From NCBI GenBank assembly GCA_044351885.1, contig JBILEW010000010.1, forward strand, positions 30-64,029: a stretch of DNA of 64,000 bases, read 5' to 3'. The number at the start of each line of letters is the position of its first letter. Within the stretch, counting starts at the first letter, position 1. The DNA comes from Bdellovibrionota bacterium. GTDB taxonomy: Bacteria > Bdellovibrionota_C > UBA2361 > OMII01. A model generated the notes under the pieces. That model made no database searches. It was not told the DNA's origin and worked only from the letters and a program-made list of their open reading frames with translations. The translations under genes and the position numbers were made by a program. This document shows positions 61,101 to 64,000 of this stretch, one piece after another.

Positions 61101-61377
61101 AAAGCTACTACAAGAAACGCAGGATCCGCTCTCAGCGATCATCGAAGCAGCGGTCGCTCGGGTTCGTCCGGTACTCATGACCGCGCTCGTTGCCTCGCTC
61201 GGCTTTGTACCGATGGCGCTCTCTCATGGAACTGGCTCCGAGGTTCAGCGTCCGCTGGCAAGTGTGGTGATCGGTGGCATCATCTCTTCGACGGCGCTTA
61301 CTCTGCTCGTATTGCCCGTTCTTTTGAATGTGTTCGGGGTAGTGAGGCGCACATCTCAAGCCAAAGAGCTCAATTAG
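58198..61377 (+). CDS. czcA: CusA/CzcA-family heavy-metal RND permease
   Basis: IDAVPDITNIQVQI, ANLMSLGALDFGLIVDGAV..VEN, ATDPM, QPIQMRFNELIAGVRSD, EVQRPLA. Confidence 0.92.
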   Translation: MFNKILRASILHRHAVLTVTVLVALLSVFSYKRLIIDAVPDITNIQVQINTHAPGYSPFETERRITQPLELMLAGIPSLEYTRSLSRYGLSQVTVVFKDKTDIYFARQLVSQRIQESKEKLPPGINPSMGPIATGLGEIFMFTVENDPTSNKQHSLQELREIQDWVVRPQLRTVPGVVEINSIGGAAKQVVVTPDVEKLRAHALTLSDVSLAIGRNNTNVGAGFIEQNGEQFLVRVPSQVEVPSELLDIVLGVHDTTPIYLRDVARVEIGSELRTGAATQNGREVVLGTVFMLMGENGRAVSQRVSTKIEEIARSVPEGVVVRPVYNRSNLVNATIATVKKNLLEGALFVVVILFLALGNFRAALITALVIPLSMGVTILGMVQGKLSANLMSLGALDFGLIVDGAVILVENCIRRLSHAQARLGRLLSKEERLELVYEASSEVRQATMFGELIIMIVYVPILALSGIEGKMFHPMALTVLLALGAAFVFSLTFVPAAVAIFITGRVSEHGKIITRIQTGYAALLGRILRYPRTVLVGAVCFFLSSLALFGRLGAEFIPSLDEGDIALHAMRIPGTSLSQSISMQHQLETEIKKIPEVKEALAKIGTAEIATDPMPPSIADGYVILKPRKEWSDPGKPKEEVVAQLERLLRDVPGNNYEFTQPIQMRFNELIAGVRSDLAVKIFGDDTGVLTEQGKQVEAILRGIHGASDVKLEQTTGLPMISIEPDRARVGRFGLNAGDVQDLVRTAYAGETVSTFFEGDRSFPIVVRLSDVDRHDIRALSRLPILLPSTDTSALSLEAERAAFKYETPERPYLTLEDVANVSIVEGPNQISRENGKRRVVVTANVRGRDLASFVEEAQSKLTTRLKLPDGYWMGLGGQYEHLISARARLMIVVPLVLASVFGLILVTFRSFRYSLLVFSGVPFALSGGIIALWLREIPFSISAAVGFIALSGVSVLNGLVLVSFTRKLLQETQDPLSAIIEAAVARVRPVLMTALVASLGFVPMALSHGTGSEVQRPLASVVIGGIISSTALTLLVLPVLLNVFGVVRRTSQAKELN

Positions 61378-61490
61378 TTGTAGAGGACCGATCAGAATTT
61401 AGAGCCTCGTTTCGGGGAAGCAATGCAGTACCGCACTACGGTGAAAAAAGACTGGCTCGCGGGCAATAAGTACGATAGAACGCCTAGTTC

Positions 61491-62453
61491 ATGAAGCTTG
61501 GCGAACGCGAGCAGCGGATCCTGAACATCATCCAGCAATCGTCCAATCTCTCGGTAGCGGACATCGCCCGTGAAGTGGGCGCGCAGCACCATACGGTGAG
61601 AAACATCCTAAGCCTCTTCCAAGAGGAATTGGGTCTCATTCAGTACACACCTATCAACACGTGCGCGCTGGGCTTCACTGAGTACCACGTATCTATAGGG
61701 CTCAGCGGGCTGACTATGAGCACCGTTGAAAAGCTGCTGTCGCGACTCCAGGAATCTGATCGAGTATCTTTAGTTATCGAGTTGGCTGGCCGTTACCAGT
61801 GCGGGATCTGGGCGATGAACCAGCGTCAACTCGGAGATATCCTGGATGGGTTGCTTGGAGAGCTTCCAGGGGTCACGGTAAGCGGGATCAATGTGCGGCA
61901 GTGGTTTCGAGGGTTCGGGCTTTTTCTCGGCTCCCCGCGATCCTTCGCGGGATACACGCTTGCACCGGGATCGAAAACTGAAGTTATTGACGAACTCGAT
62001 CACGCAATTCTGCGTGAGTTGTCGGCGCGTACCAACGATTGTGCGGCGTCCCTGGCGCGAGTCACCGGCAAGCCGCTCTCTACTATCAATTACCGCCTGA
62101 AGCAGTTGCAAGAGAAGCAGATCGTTCTTCCAGCGGTTTATCTACTTCCTCTTCAGAAAGCTGGACTCACCCGTGGCGTATTCCATCTGCAAACATCCTC
62201 TGGCCCGGCGGTGAGAGAGCAACTCATCCGATACTGTCGAGAGACGAACCATGTGGTAGCGCTTGCGGAGGTGACCGGAGCATGGACCTTCGAGGTTACG
62301 GCGGCACTTTCAACGGCTGCGAGCCCCAACACCTTCATTGATTCACTCGCACGTGTTCTTGGATCCAATCTGCTAAAGGCTGAGTTCGAACTGCAGTGCG
62401 ATTTGGTCAAGATCGACAACTATCCCTTCAAATCGTGGCCATTTGAAAGTTGA
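61491..62453 (+). CDS. Tandem Lrp/AsnC-like transcriptional regulator (two wHTH + ligand-binding units)
   Basis: REQRILNII..SVADIAREVG and IDELDHAILREL..LARVTG..STINYRLKQLQEKQIV. Confidence 0.75.
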   Translation: MKLGEREQRILNIIQQSSNLSVADIAREVGAQHHTVRNILSLFQEELGLIQYTPINTCALGFTEYHVSIGLSGLTMSTVEKLLSRLQESDRVSLVIELAGRYQCGIWAMNQRQLGDILDGLLGELPGVTVSGINVRQWFRGFGLFLGSPRSFAGYTLAPGSKTEVIDELDHAILRELSARTNDCAASLARVTGKPLSTINYRLKQLQEKQIVLPAVYLLPLQKAGLTRGVFHLQTSSGPAVREQLIRYCRETNHVVALAEVTGAWTFEVTAALSTAASPNTFIDSLARVLGSNLLKAEFELQCDLVKIDNYPFKSWPFES

Positions 62454-62480
62454 CTGGGGCCCCAGTCCCGCGGGGCCCTT

Positions 62481-62664
62481 CCCTAACGAAGCGAGGGGAA
62501 ACGTACCTTCGGTTTCGCTTTTAAATTTAGCACGTGAACGTGCTCGTGCTCGTAAACGTGCACGTACCCGAACATCTTGATGTTTTTATTCCGGGTGCGG
62601 TTACGTTCAGGTGCACGAGCACGTTCACGTGATAGGGAGGACGGTTTTACCTCGCCTCCCTAAG
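62481..62664 (-). mobile_element. Empty NCGTRN inverted-repeat element, reverse orientation
   Basis: Reverse complement of 938-1126 (core cccgaacatcttgatgttttt, both IR pairs present). Confidence 0.8.
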
Positions 62665-62860
62665 AGTTCCTAGCATTCGTACACTAGGAGATCCCCTGAT
62701 TCCTCGATCGCTTGCTGATGCAAAAGACGACGAAGAAACGATTACGTAATAGGTGACGAGTAGTTCGATTCAGTCATTCGAGAGCATCTGCTCGGTTCCG
62801 CCTGAGCTGAATGCGATCAAGTACGTGAATACGGCAGAGGTTAAGTCTAAAGGTTTAGCC

Positions 62861-63385
62861 ATGAATAGCTCCACCAGATCTCGATTGTTACTTACGATTT
62901 TTGCAGTTGCGACGTTTATTCCAATCTGGTCGTCATCTGCTCAATCGAGTTCCGCAGAGCAAGCTGAGGAGGATGTAGAGCTGGATGTACAGTATCCACC
63001 TGCGCCGCCTCAACCCGCATCTTGTTATGAGCTCGCAGATATAGGGTACGAGGCGTGCATGGGTCTGGGCAATCCCTGGTTAAGGTGCGAAATAGAGCGG
63101 CGAGTCTATAAAAAAATTATCTGTGACTGCCAACAGAATGACCCGAAGCCTGCTTTTTGTGCGAACGAGCCAAGCGCAGTATGCAATAAAAGTAGTCAGC
63201 AATGTTTGATTGAGGTGCAGGTTCTTTACGAAGCCTGCTGCGAGACTGAATCCGCTTTTAACTGCGGAAACAAAGCACACCAAAATCTGCTGATCTGCCA
63301 AGCAAATTATAACGCTTGCATGGCAGGTGTGCCACAGCTGCACTTTGCAGACATCGCGCCACAGGACGCTCCTGACCTGAGCTAG
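62861..63385 (+). CDS. Secreted cysteine-rich hypothetical protein
   Basis: Signal peptide ending SSA-Q; 13 Cys in CX10C / CX6C helical pattern. Confidence 0.65.
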   Translation: MNSSTRSRLLLTIFAVATFIPIWSSSAQSSSAEQAEEDVELDVQYPPAPPQPASCYELADIGYEACMGLGNPWLRCEIERRVYKKIICDCQQNDPKPAFCANEPSAVCNKSSQQCLIEVQVLYEACCETESAFNCGNKAHQNLLICQANYNACMAGVPQLHFADIAPQDAPDLS

Positions 63386-63470
63386 TCGAAACATAAAGCC
63401 TCCGAGAAGCGAGATCGAGCCGAGGTTGATGGGGTTATATGAGCAAAGGGCCGGCCTTTGCTGCACTATC

Positions 63471-63998
63471 CTACGATGTGCCTTCACTACACTTGGATGA
63501 GTGATGCGGCAAGAACGCTAGCTCATGTATGAACGTTGCGCGGTGGTCCTCATGAATCTGCACCAGCCGCTTCAGAGCTCGTCGTGCCTTTCGACCTGCC
63601 AGCTTTTTTCTTAGATGCGAGAGGACGTTTTCGACAGCTAAGTCGAGCGTTCGCGCCGATGCAGCCATCGCAGCTTGGGTCGGTTCAAGGTGAATCTCGA
63701 AGCATAAGGTGGAGGGTAAACAGGTTCGAGTGATACGATCGTGTCTCCACACGTCACGCCACGCCAGTACGTAGAGATTCTGAATGTCCGATCGAATTCG
63801 CGCTCTGTATCGAAGATTACGTCGAGAGCGATGTTCCCGGACGAGCAGCCGAGTTGCGCGGTTGATAGTGTCGAGACGTCTGAAGAGCTGGTTGTCGAGA
63901 GCTAAGAGCTTGTTGGTTAGGTCACTTTCCGTGCAGGTCGGTGGCTCGATGATGGGCTTACCTGCTGGGGTAGGTGTTGGTGGTGCTGGCGCTGGTGT
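63471..63998 (-). CDS. 3' end of a protein with Pro/Thr linker and Cys-bounded basic helical C-terminal domain (partial)
   Basis: Frame open from the window edge: TPAPAPPTPTP..CTESDLTNKLLALD..AWRDVW..C..C..LPHHSSKC..*. Confidence 0.7.
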   Translation of the reverse strand, partial: TPAPAPPTPTPAGKPIIEPPTCTESDLTNKLLALDNQLFRRLDTINRATRLLVREHRSRRNLRYRARIRSDIQNLYVLAWRDVWRHDRITRTCLPSTLCFEIHLEPTQAAMAASARTLDLAVENVLSHLRKKLAGRKARRALKRLVQIHEDHRATFIHELAFLPHHSSKCSEGTS

Positions 63999-64000
63999 CG

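Overview
Gene-dense bacterial chromosomal window from an aerobic, lipid-A-making Gram-negative organism (lpxI, caa3-type oxidase). A deltaproteobacterial/Bdellovibrionota-like lineage is a guess, not shown. Recognisable genes: RluA-family pseudouridine synthase, cluster-less mutY, lytic transglycosylase, mnmG, glmU, icd, double-length uvrA, an A2-type caa3 cytochrome c oxidase operon with a di-heme subunit II, an imuA-imuB-dnaE2 mutasome, lpxI, and two back-to-back tripartite RND pumps (multidrug type, then Czc type). No rRNA, tRNA, CRISPR array, transposase or phage gene was found. Two signals stand out. (1) A dispersed family of inverted-repeat elements built from NCGTRN hexamers (5 copies). 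Two copies carry the same internally deleted four-helix-bundle (IVS-protein/Avd-like) gene, and three are empty MITE-like forms nested in a second repeat module. (2) An orphan 1352-aa protein made of a ~400-aa tandem duplication carrying about six XRE-like HTH motifs. Also notable: several REP/REPIN families, a candidate new SOS box facing a small XRE gene, a cupredoxin/twin-lipoprotein/thioredoxin operon, two pseudo-receiver paralogs and a Cys-rich secreted protein. All family calls come from motifs recognised by eye; no searches were run.
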